Assembly (NCBI GenBank): GCA_020632415.1 | Contig: JACKFO010000002.1 | Coordinates: 642,732-706,731 of the forward strand | Length of the DNA stretch: 64,000 bases | Source: Candidatus Nomurabacteria bacterium | GTDB taxonomy: Bacteria > Patescibacteriota > Patescibacteriia > UBA1558 > GWA2-36-10 | Direction: 5' to 3' | Notes under the pieces: generated by a model | Databases searched by the model: none | Told to the model about the DNA's origin: nothing | The model's input: the letters and a program-made list of their open reading frames with translations, nothing else | In this document: positions 8,682 to 21,130 of the stretch, in pieces | Layout: every line of letters starts with the position of its first letter | Numbering within the stretch: position 1 is the stretch's first letter | Program-made: the position numbers and the translations under genes

Positions 8682-9947
8682 TTAAAATAAACTTTTTTGC
8701 TGATTAATCTTAGCTAACTTCTGTTCTTCTTCGGAAAAAATTTCTATCTTTCCATACTGACCATCAAAGCCAGGAATTAATTTCAATTTATTTTCTCGCA
8801 TCCTAATAATGCCTAAAGCTAAATTTTCTGGCATTATTTTTTTTAAATCTGCAAAAGAAAGATCTAATAAAACTTCAAATTCATTTTTAGCATGGCTCAA
8901 AATATCAAAAAACAAAGTCTGCACTTTTTTACTATTACGTGACATGCCAAAATAATCAGCCAATAAATCTGGCAAAGGAACAATACTTTTATAAGGAATG
9001 TGTTTACTTTTCTCTACCTCCTCTTTTTTAAGATCCGCCAAAGCAAAAACTCTACTTTCTACGCCAATAGTAAGCGGCTTTTTACATTTTGGACAAATAT
9101 TTTTATATTTTTTACTTTCTTCTGGCGAACAAGAAAAATTACAAGTTCGATGACCATCAAAATGATACATCCCTTCTTCGGGAAAAAATTCTATTGTATA
9201 CAAAAACTTCTTTTTATTTTTAGTTTTAATAATTTCTACTATTTCATCGTAGGTATTTTCTTCTAAATCCATCACGTTTGCTTCACGTCCAATGTGTGGT
9301 CCCGAATGAGCATCGGAATTTGAAACCAAAGTAATTTGATCAAGCTGAGATAATTGCCAATTCATAATCGGATCAGAAGAAAGCCCAGTTTCAATTGCTT
9401 TAATGTATGGCGTAAGATCTTCAAAACATTCTTCCAAAGAATCAAAGCCAGATTTTGAACCAAAAACCGCAAACCATGGCGTCCAAGCGTGAGCCGGAAT
9501 CATCATTGCTCTTTCGTCTGTTTCAAGCATAATTTCCAAAACCTGTTTAGCGGACATGCCTAAGATTGGTCTCCCGTCAGAAGCAAGTTTAGCTCCGCGA
9601 TCACTCAAAGCTTGGTTAAACTTTTCAGCGGCTTGTAAACTTGGCATCAAAATACAAAGATGCACCCGGCGAGTCTGATCATTTTGTCGATAAATGCAAG
9701 AAATTTCCGTGGAAATTAAAAAACGGACAGTCGACTGAACGTCTTTTAATTTGTATAAACCCGAATTACCATCTTCAATTAAATGATTTTTTAGTTCCTT
9801 AAACCAAGCTGGATGCGTGAAATCAGCGCAAGAGACAATGTCTACGCCCTTTATTTCTGACCACTTGACCATCTCTGCCAAATCAAAATATTTAGAAGTA
9901 GCTCGAGCGTATTTAGAATGAATATGTAAATCTATGATCTTTTTCAT
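8682..9947 (-). CDS. PHP-domain endonuclease Q (EndoQ)-like protein with zinc-ribbon
   Basis: MKKIIDLHIHSKYARATS...CADFTHPAWFKEL matches the EndoQ/TIGR00375 N-terminal PHP motifs; C-x2-C ... CPKC zinc ribbon present; start taken at internal MKKII (M12 of the track ORF). Confidence 0.5.
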   Translation of the reverse strand: MKKIIDLHIHSKYARATSKYFDLAEMVKWSEIKGVDIVSCADFTHPAWFKELKNHLIEDGNSGLYKLKDVQSTVRFLISTEISCIYRQNDQTRRVHLCILMPSLQAAEKFNQALSDRGAKLASDGRPILGMSAKQVLEIMLETDERAMMIPAHAWTPWFAVFGSKSGFDSLEECFEDLTPYIKAIETGLSSDPIMNWQLSQLDQITLVSNSDAHSGPHIGREANVMDLEENTYDEIVEIIKTKNKKKFLYTIEFFPEEGMYHFDGHRTCNFSCSPEESKKYKNICPKCKKPLTIGVESRVFALADLKKEEVEKSKHIPYKSIVPLPDLLADYFGMSRNSKKVQTLFFDILSHAKNEFEVLLDLSFADLKKIMPENLALGIIRMRENKLKLIPGFDGQYGKIEIFSEEEQKLAKINQQKSLF

Positions 9948-9948
9948 T

Positions 9949-10470
9949 CTATTTTGCAAAAAAATTAGCGTGCTCTCCAATTTTTAATCCATTTTGTTTT
10001 TCACCAACGTCAATAGGAATTTGTTTGCCATTTAAACTAAGTAATAAATAATGATGAATAACGAAATTCAAAAAAGTTAACTTGATTTTTATATCTTCTT
10101 GTTTAAAAAAATCACTGCGCACTAAAAATATTTTGAAAATAAAACTACTTTGATGACAAGGCACAAAGCCGTCAATTTGCCAAATTTGTTCTAAATTTTT
10201 AAACCATAGCTGTGGCTTTAATAAAGTATTCCAACGCTCTGAATGATATTTATTGCCTAAATAATCATAAGTTAAGTCTAAAAATTCTTCCGGAGAACCA
10301 GCGCTATTCTTCAATTCATTTATCTTATCTTCCATGCTCTCAGGAATATCATTTGGTACTGATATTTTTCTAAAACCAAAATGTGGAATCAAAAAATAAG
10401 CAAACAAAAAAATAGCTAATAAATACCCAATAAATGCGATTAAAAACCAAATGATAATCATATAATACAT
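9949..10470 (-). CDS. membrane-anchored hypothetical protein, co-directional with and immediately upstream of the EndoQ-like gene
   Basis: 173 aa, N-terminal TM helix; stop abuts the EndoQ start. Confidence 0.4.
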   Translation of the reverse strand: MYYMIIIWFLIAFIGYLLAIFLFAYFLIPHFGFRKISVPNDIPESMEDKINELKNSAGSPEEFLDLTYDYLGNKYHSERWNTLLKPQLWFKNLEQIWQIDGFVPCHQSSFIFKIFLVRSDFFKQEDIKIKLTFLNFVIHHYLLLSLNGKQIPIDVGEKQNGLKIGEHANFFAK

Positions 10471-10562
10471 CTTAAAATCTCATTAAGCTTAGCAAAATCA
10501 AGCTAAAAAATAAAGCAAACAAAAAAACGATGCTTCAAACTATAAATTTACAGAGAACAACA

Positions 10563-10688
10563 GGGTTCTGGCGATGACCTACTCTCGCAACCCTAAATGG
10601 GTTACTACCATCGGCCTTGAAGAGCTTAACTGCTGAGTTCGAAATGGGATCAGGTGTGGCCTCTCCAGTAGAACCACCAGAACTCTAT
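10563..10688 (-). rRNA. rrf: 5S rRNA
   Basis: Reverse complement reads ...CCGATGGTAGT...GAGAGTAGG..CGCCAG, the conserved 5S helices; lies directly downstream of 23S. Confidence 0.8.
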
Positions 10689-10877
10689 CGTCCTCGAAAA
10701 AATAAATTTATAAATCGAAACATCGTTTCCTAACCTAATACTATTTGATTGATCGGCGTGAATAACATCACGACACCCAATAATAATATCAAGCCAATGA
10801 AAAGTAAAACGATTTTAATCATTTAAACAATGTTTAAGAACAAAAAATTTGTATAAAAATTTCCAAAATTTTTAGTG

Positions 10878-13995
<3,118 letters not shown>

Positions 13996-14366
13996 AAAAA
14001 TTCTGAAAACTTTTGGCACTAAAATTTTTTATGAGTAATACAAATTTATACTTAAAATTGAATTGATAAATTATCGAATCTATCAATTTTTAAAAGATGC
14101 TCTTAAACATTATTGTTTAAAAAATTATTTACTTGTCAAAGTTCTTGTGTTGCTAAATTTAATTACTTGGCAACAAGCAGTTCTTTAGTGGATCGCGCAA
14201 AGCCTACCCATAAAAAACTGCTTGCTAACAACTAATTTTCAAAGAGACAAAAAACCGCTTTTTAGGCGGCTCAAAAAGTAGAGAATTAACTTTCTGAACC
14301 TTAGATTTTTAACTTAACTAATTGTCCTAACATGTATTATTTCTTCTCCTTAATAAAGGTAGGCGT

Positions 14367-14395
14367 ATTATATACTATTTTTCATAGCTTGTCAA
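14367..14395 (-). promoter_or_regulatory. consensus sigma70 promoter (TTGACA-17-TATAAT) on the minus strand, about 370 nt upstream of 23S
   Basis: Reverse complement of 14367-14395 reads ttgaca agctatgaaaaatagta tataat. Confidence 0.45.
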
Positions 14396-14499
14396 ACCCT
14401 TTTGATAGCTGGGAATTTAGCTTAAATTCTCAATAAAAATCAATAAAAACAAGAGATAATTAAGGGGCTCTGATTTTCATCAAAGCCCGAGTATTTTTT

Positions 14500-14643
14500 T
14501 CAAGTGACTAATCGCCCAATTGAACGCCAAAGCCAAAATGGCAATCGCGATCATGATGGTAGCGAATGGCGGTTGCCACGTCACCAGAATGCCAACGAAA
14601 ACCCAAGCAAGCAATTTGTAATGTCGCCGATTCAACTTAAACA
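14500..14643 (-). CDS. 48-aa hydrophobic peptide in GC-rich island (hypothetical)
   Basis: Minus-strand ORF MFKLNRRHYKLLAWVFVGILVTWQPPFATIMIAIAILALAFNWAISHL with aaggag RBS; not in the ORF track because it is under 60 aa; coordinates hand-counted. Confidence 0.25.
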
Positions 14644-14699
14644 TCTTCTGCTCCTTGTTCTAGACAATGAACTAACTCTTTTATTAAAAGACAAATCTT

Positions 14700-14749
14700 A
14701 TCATCTAATAAAAGAGTCCGAAGTGTCCCTGCTGAGCAGAAACACTTCG
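14700..14749 (-). terminator. hairpin terminator after the GC-rich two-gene module
   Basis: ccgaagtgt...acacttcgg 9-bp stem with nested tgct/agca; T-rich on the minus strand after the stem. Confidence 0.35.
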
Positions 14750-14772
14750 GCACATTGAAGTTGGAGCGCTAG

Positions 14773-14967
14773 TCACCGAAGTCCTCGACAGACCTCGTAG
14801 AACTCACTGAAGCCCTCCTCCAGCAGTTCACTGAAGCTCGGTCCATCGGAACTTCCTCTTCCGACTCGCCTCATGAGTGGATCGCCTCCATTGGCCGTGA
14901 CGTTCTTCCGTGGAGAAGCGGGTGGTTGTGGGTGTTGTGAGTACATCTGTTTCGTGTCCTTGGCCAT
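14773..14967 (-). CDS. 64-aa hypothetical protein (GC-rich island)
   Basis: Internal start MAKDTKQMYSQHP... preceded by ggaggaagg RBS; begins 26 nt after the stop of the 183-aa gene. Confidence 0.35.
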   Translation of the reverse strand: MAKDTKQMYSQHPQPPASPRKNVTANGGDPLMRRVGRGSSDGPSFSELLEEGFSEFYEVCRGLR

Positions 14968-14992
14968 CGTTCCTTCCTCCATGCTGCAAACT

Positions 14993-15544
14993 TCAATCAA
15001 GTAAGCTCGTTTGGGCGACTTGTGCTGACATGTCAACGTTCGCCTTGCGCAAGATGCGTAAAGCAAAACCAGAAACCAACTCCGCACGAGAAGCACCGGT
15101 CAAAGCACAATCAAGCGCTCGACCAATGTCCTCCTTGCTGATCTTTCGATCTAACTCTGGAAACTCTTCGAGGATCCTTCTGATCACTTCGATTAACCTT
15201 TCAGCTTCTTTCTCTGCTTTGCGATAAGCGACTTGTTTCGGTTCATCGGGAATTCCCGCTAAGAACACCCGAACTTCCGCATCGCCAGCTTTGGACAAGT
15301 CAACGTCCAAAGATTGCCCGGCGACTCGGCCTCTCGGAAACTCGATGCCAGCTAGACTTCGCGCTGACGTCAAATCTCCTACGTTACCAAACGCTTGAAC
15401 AAATCCCTCCACTTGCATCATGCGATTCAATCGCGGAAGCAAGTATTCGCTCAAGCGAGTGCCTTTAAAACCAAGCCCCTTGCCTTCGCGAATCAAAGCC
15501 TCAACCTCTGCACGATGAGCTTTTAACCATTCAACGCGTGTCAT
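14993..15544 (-). CDS. 183-aa hypothetical protein (GC-rich island, no recognisable domain)
   Basis: Long ORF in a region of markedly elevated GC; protein composition is plausible (not antisense-like); no family recognised by eye. Confidence 0.5.
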   Translation of the reverse strand: MTRVEWLKAHRAEVEALIREGKGLGFKGTRLSEYLLPRLNRMMQVEGFVQAFGNVGDLTSARSLAGIEFPRGRVAGQSLDVDLSKAGDAEVRVFLAGIPDEPKQVAYRKAEKEAERLIEVIRRILEEFPELDRKISKEDIGRALDCALTGASRAELVSGFALRILRKANVDMSAQVAQTSLLD

Positions 15545-15683
15545 GTTGCTTGCTCCAAGTTATTACATTCAAGTTTGCAACTTGAATATGTTAATGTTCA
15601 GCTCTTTCCTTAAAATAATTTCCAAAAAACTATTCTAAGGAAAAAGGAGCTTAAGTTAATAAGCTCTTTTTTCTATTTTAATT

Positions 15684-16172
15684 TTATAAAATCTCCATTT
15701 TTAAATATTTAGCGCCGAATTTAATCGACTCAGCTTTATCAGCCATCCAAATATCCATCCGGTAATAATAACGAGAATTCATTCGATCTTCGACGACGAA
15801 AATTTTGTCACCAAATTCATCAGGAAATCTGACTAAAGTTCCTTTTGGTAAAAAGTTAGTAGCCACAATACCATCACGCACATGAGTATTAAAAGCAGTA
15901 ATAAAAGGAGAATCGTCAGTTTGACCAGGCTCACTATTATAAGAAGTAACAATAATATTCATGGTTGTTTTAGCCAAACGATCGCCACTTTCTGGTAAAG
16001 TAGGCTCACCATAGTGACTTTTTAAGACATTTTCAGCTCTTGGGCCAGTATTAGCGCTAGTTTCACTTTGAGAAAATACAGCTTGTGGAAAGTCAAAAAT
16101 CACTAAAATAGCCAAGATTGTCCCTAAAATAACCGTTTTATTCAATTTTCCTTGATTTTGTGTAAAATTCAT
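15684..16172 (-). CDS. secreted 3D-domain protein (MltA/YuiC-like, cell-wall associated)
   Basis: Signal/TM N-terminus; C-terminal TSYNSEPGQTDDSP...DGIVAT...GTLVRFPDEFGDKIFVVEDRM...MDIWM fits the 3D domain pattern. Confidence 0.55.
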   Translation of the reverse strand: MNFTQNQGKLNKTVILGTILAILVIFDFPQAVFSQSETSANTGPRAENVLKSHYGEPTLPESGDRLAKTTMNIIVTSYNSEPGQTDDSPFITAFNTHVRDGIVATNFLPKGTLVRFPDEFGDKIFVVEDRMNSRYYYRMDIWMADKAESIKFGAKYLKMEIL

Positions 16173-16239
16173 AAAATTTGCTTATTTTTCAAATTGATGT
16201 ACAATAATAGCATATAATTAAATTTTTGTCAATACTAAG

Positions 16240-16524
16240 ATGCTGAACACAAGTTTCAAAGAAAAAGTCTATGCAATTGTCAGCCAAATACCACTTGGGC
16301 AAGTTTTAAGCTATCAAGAGGTCGCAAAACTCGCTGGATCCCCTCGCGCTTATCGAGCAGTTGGTAATTTGATGCACAATAATCCTGATCCCAAAAATAT
16401 TCCCTGTCATCGCGTTGTAGCGAGTCAAAATAAACTCGGTGGTTATGCCTGGGGAACTTTAGCTAAAATCAAAAAATTACAAGCTGAAGGTTGGCAAATT
16501 AAAGGCAATCAATTATCAAAATAA
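16240..16524 (+). CDS. methylated-DNA-protein-cysteine methyltransferase C-terminal domain protein (MGMT/Ogt-like, 94 aa)
   Basis: IPCHRVV active-site motif with the Cys retained; helix-turn-helix YQEVAKLAGSPRAYRAVG. Confidence 0.6.
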   Translation: MLNTSFKEKVYAIVSQIPLGQVLSYQEVAKLAGSPRAYRAVGNLMHNNPDPKNIPCHRVVASQNKLGGYAWGTLAKIKKLQAEGWQIKGNQLSK

Positions 16525-16588
16525 GCTATTGCTTTCTCTGAGAACAATCTGATATAATAACTTAACTAATTAATTAAATAAATAAAGT

Positions 16589-17359
16589 ATGGAAGAAAAA
16601 TATACAAGTGAAAATCCATATGAGAAAAAATTCATTGATAACTTGCCTCCACGCTCTGCTTTTAAAGTAGGCCTTTTTAGTGGCGTTGGCGCGATGTTCG
16701 CTGTAGGATTTTTTATCATGGCTGGATTATTTATCAATCAAGCAGTCCAAACTAGAGCTGATGATGAAAAACCAAACGTCAATGTTAATGCCAATGTTAA
16801 CGATAACGCTGCTGCAGCAAATAATATTGCCAATGTTAAAGTTGAAAAAGACGATTGGTTAAGAGGTGATAAAAAAGCTGACATTACTATTGTTGAATAC
16901 TCTGACATTGACTGCCCTTACTGCCAAAAATTTCACGAAACAATGAAACAAGTTCTTGCTGATTATAATGGCGATGTGAATTGGGTCTATCGTAACTTTC
17001 CTTTAACCCAACTACACCCAGAAGCTGCTAAAAAAGCAGAGATTGCCGAATGTGTTGGCGAAGTTGCTGGCAATGACAAGCTTTGGGACTATCTAGATTA
17101 TATGTATGCCAACAAAACCGCCCTTGCTGATATTAATACTGCTTTAGCAAAAATTAACGTTAACGCTGAAAAAGTAAATTCTTGTTTTGAAGCTGGTAAA
17201 TACACTCAAAAAGTCCAAAGCCAAATCAGCGAAGCTGTTGCTGCCGGTGGTCGTGGCACCCCTTACTCAATCATTGTTGCCGGAGACCAAAGAATGCCAA
17301 TCAACGGAGCCTTGCCTTATGAGACAATTGCTCAACAATTAGACGCTTTATTAAAATAA
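16589..17359 (+). CDS. DsbA-like thiol:disulfide oxidoreductase, membrane anchored
   Basis: CPYC active site in a thioredoxin fold; N-terminal TM; Asn/Ala-rich linker. Confidence 0.6.
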   Translation: MEEKYTSENPYEKKFIDNLPPRSAFKVGLFSGVGAMFAVGFFIMAGLFINQAVQTRADDEKPNVNVNANVNDNAAAANNIANVKVEKDDWLRGDKKADITIVEYSDIDCPYCQKFHETMKQVLADYNGDVNWVYRNFPLTQLHPEAAKKAEIAECVGEVAGNDKLWDYLDYMYANKTALADINTALAKINVNAEKVNSCFEAGKYTQKVQSQISEAVAAGGRGTPYSIIVAGDQRMPINGALPYETIAQQLDALLK

Positions 17360-17460
17360 TAATCTAATTTTTTACCCGCCGCGTCTGACGCGGCGGGTTT
17401 TCTTTTTGAGAAAATATTGCTATGATAATCTCACTGATTTAAAAAAATAATTTTTAAGAT

Positions 17461-18096
17461 ATGAAAAATAATAATTTACTTTTTTGGCTAATTTCTCTTG
17501 TTGTTTTGGCCTTGCTTGCCTGGGGCATGATTTCTCTAGCTACCAATAACCAAGGCGAAGAAACGACTCTTTTTGATGAAACACAAATTCAAGCCAATGA
17601 CCACGTTCAAGGCTCTGAAAGTGCTCAAAATATTTTGATTGAATATAGCGATTTCCAGTGCCCAGCTTGCGGAGCTTACTATCCAATGCTCAAAACCTTA
17701 AGCGAAGAATTGGCTGATCAAGTAAAATTAATCTATCGCCATTTTCCTTTAGAAAGCCTCCACCCAAATGCCAAAATTGCCGCATTAGCTTCTGAAGCAG
17801 CCGGTCAACAAGGAAAATTTTGGGAAATGTATGACAAACTGTTTGAAAATCAAACAGACTGGTCAAATGAACAAAATCCAATTGAAAAATTTACTCAATA
17901 TGCCGCAGAAATCGGTCTAGACCCTGAACAATTTAAAAATGATCTAGACAGTGAACCTGTAAAAGATAAAGTCAAACAAGACCAGGGCTTTGCTAATAGC
18001 CTCAGACTAAACAGCACACCAACATTTTTTCTTAACGGAGAAAAAATTAGATTTAATAGCTACAACCAATTAAAAAATGCAATCAAGCAAAATTAA
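17461..18096 (+). CDS. DsbA-like thiol:disulfide oxidoreductase (second paralog)
   Basis: CPAC active site; N-terminal TM; 211 aa. Confidence 0.65.
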   Translation: MKNNNLLFWLISLVVLALLAWGMISLATNNQGEETTLFDETQIQANDHVQGSESAQNILIEYSDFQCPACGAYYPMLKTLSEELADQVKLIYRHFPLESLHPNAKIAALASEAAGQQGKFWEMYDKLFENQTDWSNEQNPIEKFTQYAAEIGLDPEQFKNDLDSEPVKDKVKQDQGFANSLRLNSTPTFFLNGEKIRFNSYNQLKNAIKQN

Positions 18097-18526
18097 TTTT
18101 TCTTTACTTTTGGCATTTGCTTTAACAGCGACCGTTGGTTTTTTGGATTCCGTTTATCTAACTACTAAATATTTTGTCGGCACAATCAATTGCTCCGTTC
18201 TTTCTGGCTGTCAACAAGTTTTAGATAGTAAATATTCGGCAATCTTTAATATCCCGATTGCTTCATTGGGAGTCCTTTATTATTTATCAATAATTTTTGC
18301 AGTTTTACTTTACTTCAAGTACCAACATAAACTCACGTCTTTATATCTTAAGTTTATTCCCAGTCTAGGCTTTGTATTTACCCTTTGGTTGGTTTATCTC
18401 CAAATTTGGGTAATCAAAGCAATTTGTATTTACTGCATGCTTTCAGCAACGAGCTCAACAATTATTTTTATTTTTAGTCTATTGCTATTTAAAAATAAAA
18501 AGGAAATAACAACAGAGGTAAATTAA
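18077..18526 (+). CDS. vitamin K epoxide reductase (VKOR) family protein, DsbB functional analogue
   Basis: Multi-TM; loop Cys pair NCSVLSGC and TM4 CIYC redox motif. Confidence 0.55.
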   Translation: MQSSKINFSLLLAFALTATVGFLDSVYLTTKYFVGTINCSVLSGCQQVLDSKYSAIFNIPIASLGVLYYLSIIFAVLLYFKYQHKLTSLYLKFIPSLGFVFTLWLVYLQIWVIKAICIYCMLSATSSTIIFIFSLLLFKNKKEITTEVN

Positions 18527-18538
18527 AAAAACAAATCT

Positions 18539-19468
18539 ATGAATACTATTTACGATCTAATTATTATCGGTGGCGGCCCAGCTGGAGTTGCCGCTGGCGT
18601 TTATGCCGCTCGCAAAGAATTAAAGACACTTTTTATAACAAAAGATTTTGAAAGTCAATCAATCGTTTCTCCTAAAATAGAAAACTGGATCGGCACTGTG
18701 GCTATTTCTGGTGCTGAACTAGCGCAAAACTTACAAAAACATCTAGAGGCTTATCAAGGAGAAAATCTACAAATTATTAGTGGACAAAAAGTCTCTAATT
18801 TAGAAAAGAAAGACGACTTGTTTCAAGTCACTACTGAAAATCAAGAGACCCATCAAAGCAAAACGATTTTGATCAGCACTGGTTCACAAAGAAGAAAATT
18901 AAATGTTCCTGGGGCAGACCGCTTAGAGCACAAGGGCTTAACTTATTGCGCTACTTGTGATGGACCGCTCTATCGAAACAAAGACATAGTAGTAATCGGT
19001 GGCGGCAATGCTGGCTTTGAATCAGCAGCGCAACTTGCTGCTTATGTGAATAGTGTTACTATTTTACACCGTGGCCCAGAATTTAAAGCTGATGAAATTA
19101 CCATTAAAAAAGTATTAAACAACCCCAAAGTAAAAGCTTTGACTAATATCGAAACTCTAGAAGTCAAAGGAGAAAATACAGTTGAAGCAATCATTTATCA
19201 AAATCAAGACTCTCAAAAAACAGAACTAAAAACTCAAGGCATTTTTGTTGAGATTGGGGCGATACCAAATACTGAATTTGCCAAAAACCTCGTAGCAACT
19301 AATTCTTTCGGAGCAATCATTATTGACCCCAAAAATCAACAAAGCCAAACTTTGGGTGTCTGGGCTGCTGGTGATTGTACCGACGCTTTGTACCACCAAA
19401 ACAATATCGCCGTTGGCGATGGCGTCAAAGCCTTAGAGGATATCTATAATTTTTTACACACCAAATAA
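18539..19468 (+). CDS. trxB: thioredoxin-disulfide reductase
   Basis: GGGPAG FAD motif, CATCDGPLY redox-active disulfide, GGGNAG NADPH motif. Confidence 0.75.
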   Translation: MNTIYDLIIIGGGPAGVAAGVYAARKELKTLFITKDFESQSIVSPKIENWIGTVAISGAELAQNLQKHLEAYQGENLQIISGQKVSNLEKKDDLFQVTTENQETHQSKTILISTGSQRRKLNVPGADRLEHKGLTYCATCDGPLYRNKDIVVIGGGNAGFESAAQLAAYVNSVTILHRGPEFKADEITIKKVLNNPKVKALTNIETLEVKGENTVEAIIYQNQDSQKTELKTQGIFVEIGAIPNTEFAKNLVATNSFGAIIIDPKNQQSQTLGVWAAGDCTDALYHQNNIAVGDGVKALEDIYNFLHTK

Positions 19469-20224
19469 ATGTGGCATTTAATCATCCCTAGTTTCTTTGC
19501 CGGACTCTTAACCTTTCTTGCACCCTGCACGCTCCCTTTGGTTCCTAGTTATTTAGGATTTATTAGCGGCGTGTCTTTGACCAAAGAAAATCTAGAACAA
19601 AAAATAATCAAAAAGAAAATTCTACTCAACAGCCTACTTTATGTTTTGGGTTTTAGTTTGATTTTTATTATTTTAGGGAGCCTTTTTGCCTTGGGCGGTG
19701 GAGCCTTGATTGGCTATCGTCTAATCTTATCTAGAATTGGTGGAATTTTCATCATCATCTTTGGCCTGTTCATGCTCCATTTTTTAAAAATACCAGGATT
19801 TGGTTTTTTAAATAAAACTAAAAAAATTAACTTATTCAATAAACTGCAACCAGGCAAACCTTTGAGCTCTTTTATTTTTGGCGCTAGCTTTGCTTTTGGC
19901 TGGACGCCCTGCATCGGCCCAATCTTAGGCAGCGTTCTTTTCTTGGCCTCTACAACCGCTACTTTAGGCTCAGGAATTATTCTATTAAGCATTTTTTCTT
20001 TGGGCTTAGCCTTGCCATTTTTACTGATTGCTCTCAGTATAGAGTCTGCTTTAAAATATTTACCAAAAATAAACAAAATCTTACCCTACATCTCAACTAT
20101 TGGTGGTATATTTTTAGTCATCATTGGCGTTTTGATGCTCACTGATAGTTTTGGTTTATTTATTTCTTGGTTTTATAAAATTTTTAGCTTCTTAAACTAC
20201 GACCAACTTTTAAATTATTTATAA
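19469..20224 (+). CDS. ccdA: cytochrome c biogenesis/thiol-disulfide transporter CcdA (DsbD membrane domain)
   Basis: LAPCTLPLVPSY and WTPCIGPILGSVL, the two conserved Cys-containing motifs of CcdA. Confidence 0.7.
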   Translation: MWHLIIPSFFAGLLTFLAPCTLPLVPSYLGFISGVSLTKENLEQKIIKKKILLNSLLYVLGFSLIFIILGSLFALGGGALIGYRLILSRIGGIFIIIFGLFMLHFLKIPGFGFLNKTKKINLFNKLQPGKPLSSFIFGASFAFGWTPCIGPILGSVLFLASTTATLGSGIILLSIFSLGLALPFLLIALSIESALKYLPKINKILPYISTIGGIFLVIIGVLMLTDSFGLFISWFYKIFSFLNYDQLLNYL

Positions 20225-20299
20225 AAAATTAAAAAAACAACTAGCAAAGATTGTCTGGCTGTTTTTTTATTATCCAAAAAATGCTAAAATATAAATGTT

Positions 20300-21130
20300 A
20301 TGCAAAAAGATTCTCTCTTTGAATTAAAAAAAATAGCCAACGAACTACGACAAGATGTAATTCGTAGTCTAAAAAATGCTGGCTCAGGACACAGCGGCGG
20401 ATCTTTGGGTATGGCTGATATTTTTGCTGTTTTATATTTTGCTATTTTAAATCATGATCCAAAAAAACCAAATTTAAAAAATAGAGATCGTTTAATTTTA
20501 TCCAATGGTCACATTTGCCCGATTCTTTATGCTAGTCTTGCTCGTGCTGGGTATTTTCCTTTAGCCAAACTAAAAACTTTACGTAAACTAAATAGCGATT
20601 TACAAGGTCATCCACATAATTTAAGTTTAGCAGGAGTAGAAACGAGCTCTGGTCCTTTGGGACAGGGAATTTCTCAGGCTGTCGGCATGGCTCTTGCTGC
20701 TAAACTAGACCATCTAAAACATCACATCTTTTGTGTCACTTCTGATGGAGAACATAACGAAGGGCAGGTTTGGGAAGCAATCATGACTGCCAATAAATAT
20801 CATCTAGGCAATCTAATCAATATCATCGATTACAATGGTATTCAAATTGACGGTTACACCAAAGATATTATGCCTTTGGGTAATTTAAAAACTAAATATG
20901 AAAGTTTTGGTTGGAAAGTCCTAGAAACAAATGGCCATGACCTTAAACAAATCATCAAAACCTTAGACAAAGCTAAAACTTACCAAAAATCTCCCGTAGC
21001 AATTATTGCTCATACTATTTTAGGAAAAGGTGTCTCTTTTATGGAAAATAAATACCCTTGGCATGGCAAAGCACCAAACCAAGAACAAGCTTCAAGAGCT
21101 TTGGAGGAATTACAAAATCATGACCAATAA
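20300..21130 (+). CDS. transketolase, N-terminal (TPP-binding) subunit (split transketolase)
   Basis: SGHSGGSLGMADI and GPLGQG TPP-binding motifs; 276 aa. Confidence 0.8.
   Translation: MQKDSLFELKKIANELRQDVIRSLKNAGSGHSGGSLGMADIFAVLYFAILNHDPKKPNLKNRDRLILSNGHICPILYASLARAGYFPLAKLKTLRKLNSDLQGHPHNLSLAGVETSSGPLGQGISQAVGMALAAKLDHLKHHIFCVTSDGEHNEGQVWEAIMTANKYHLGNLINIIDYNGIQIDGYTKDIMPLGNLKTKYESFGWKVLETNGHDLKQIIKTLDKAKTYQKSPVAIIAHTILGKGVSFMENKYPWHGKAPNQEQASRALEELQNHDQ

Noticed and set aside
14504-15227. Plus-strand ORFs 14504..14758 and 14910..15227
   Set aside because: They are antisense to the better-supported minus-strand genes (RBS, spacing, terminator) of the GC-rich module.
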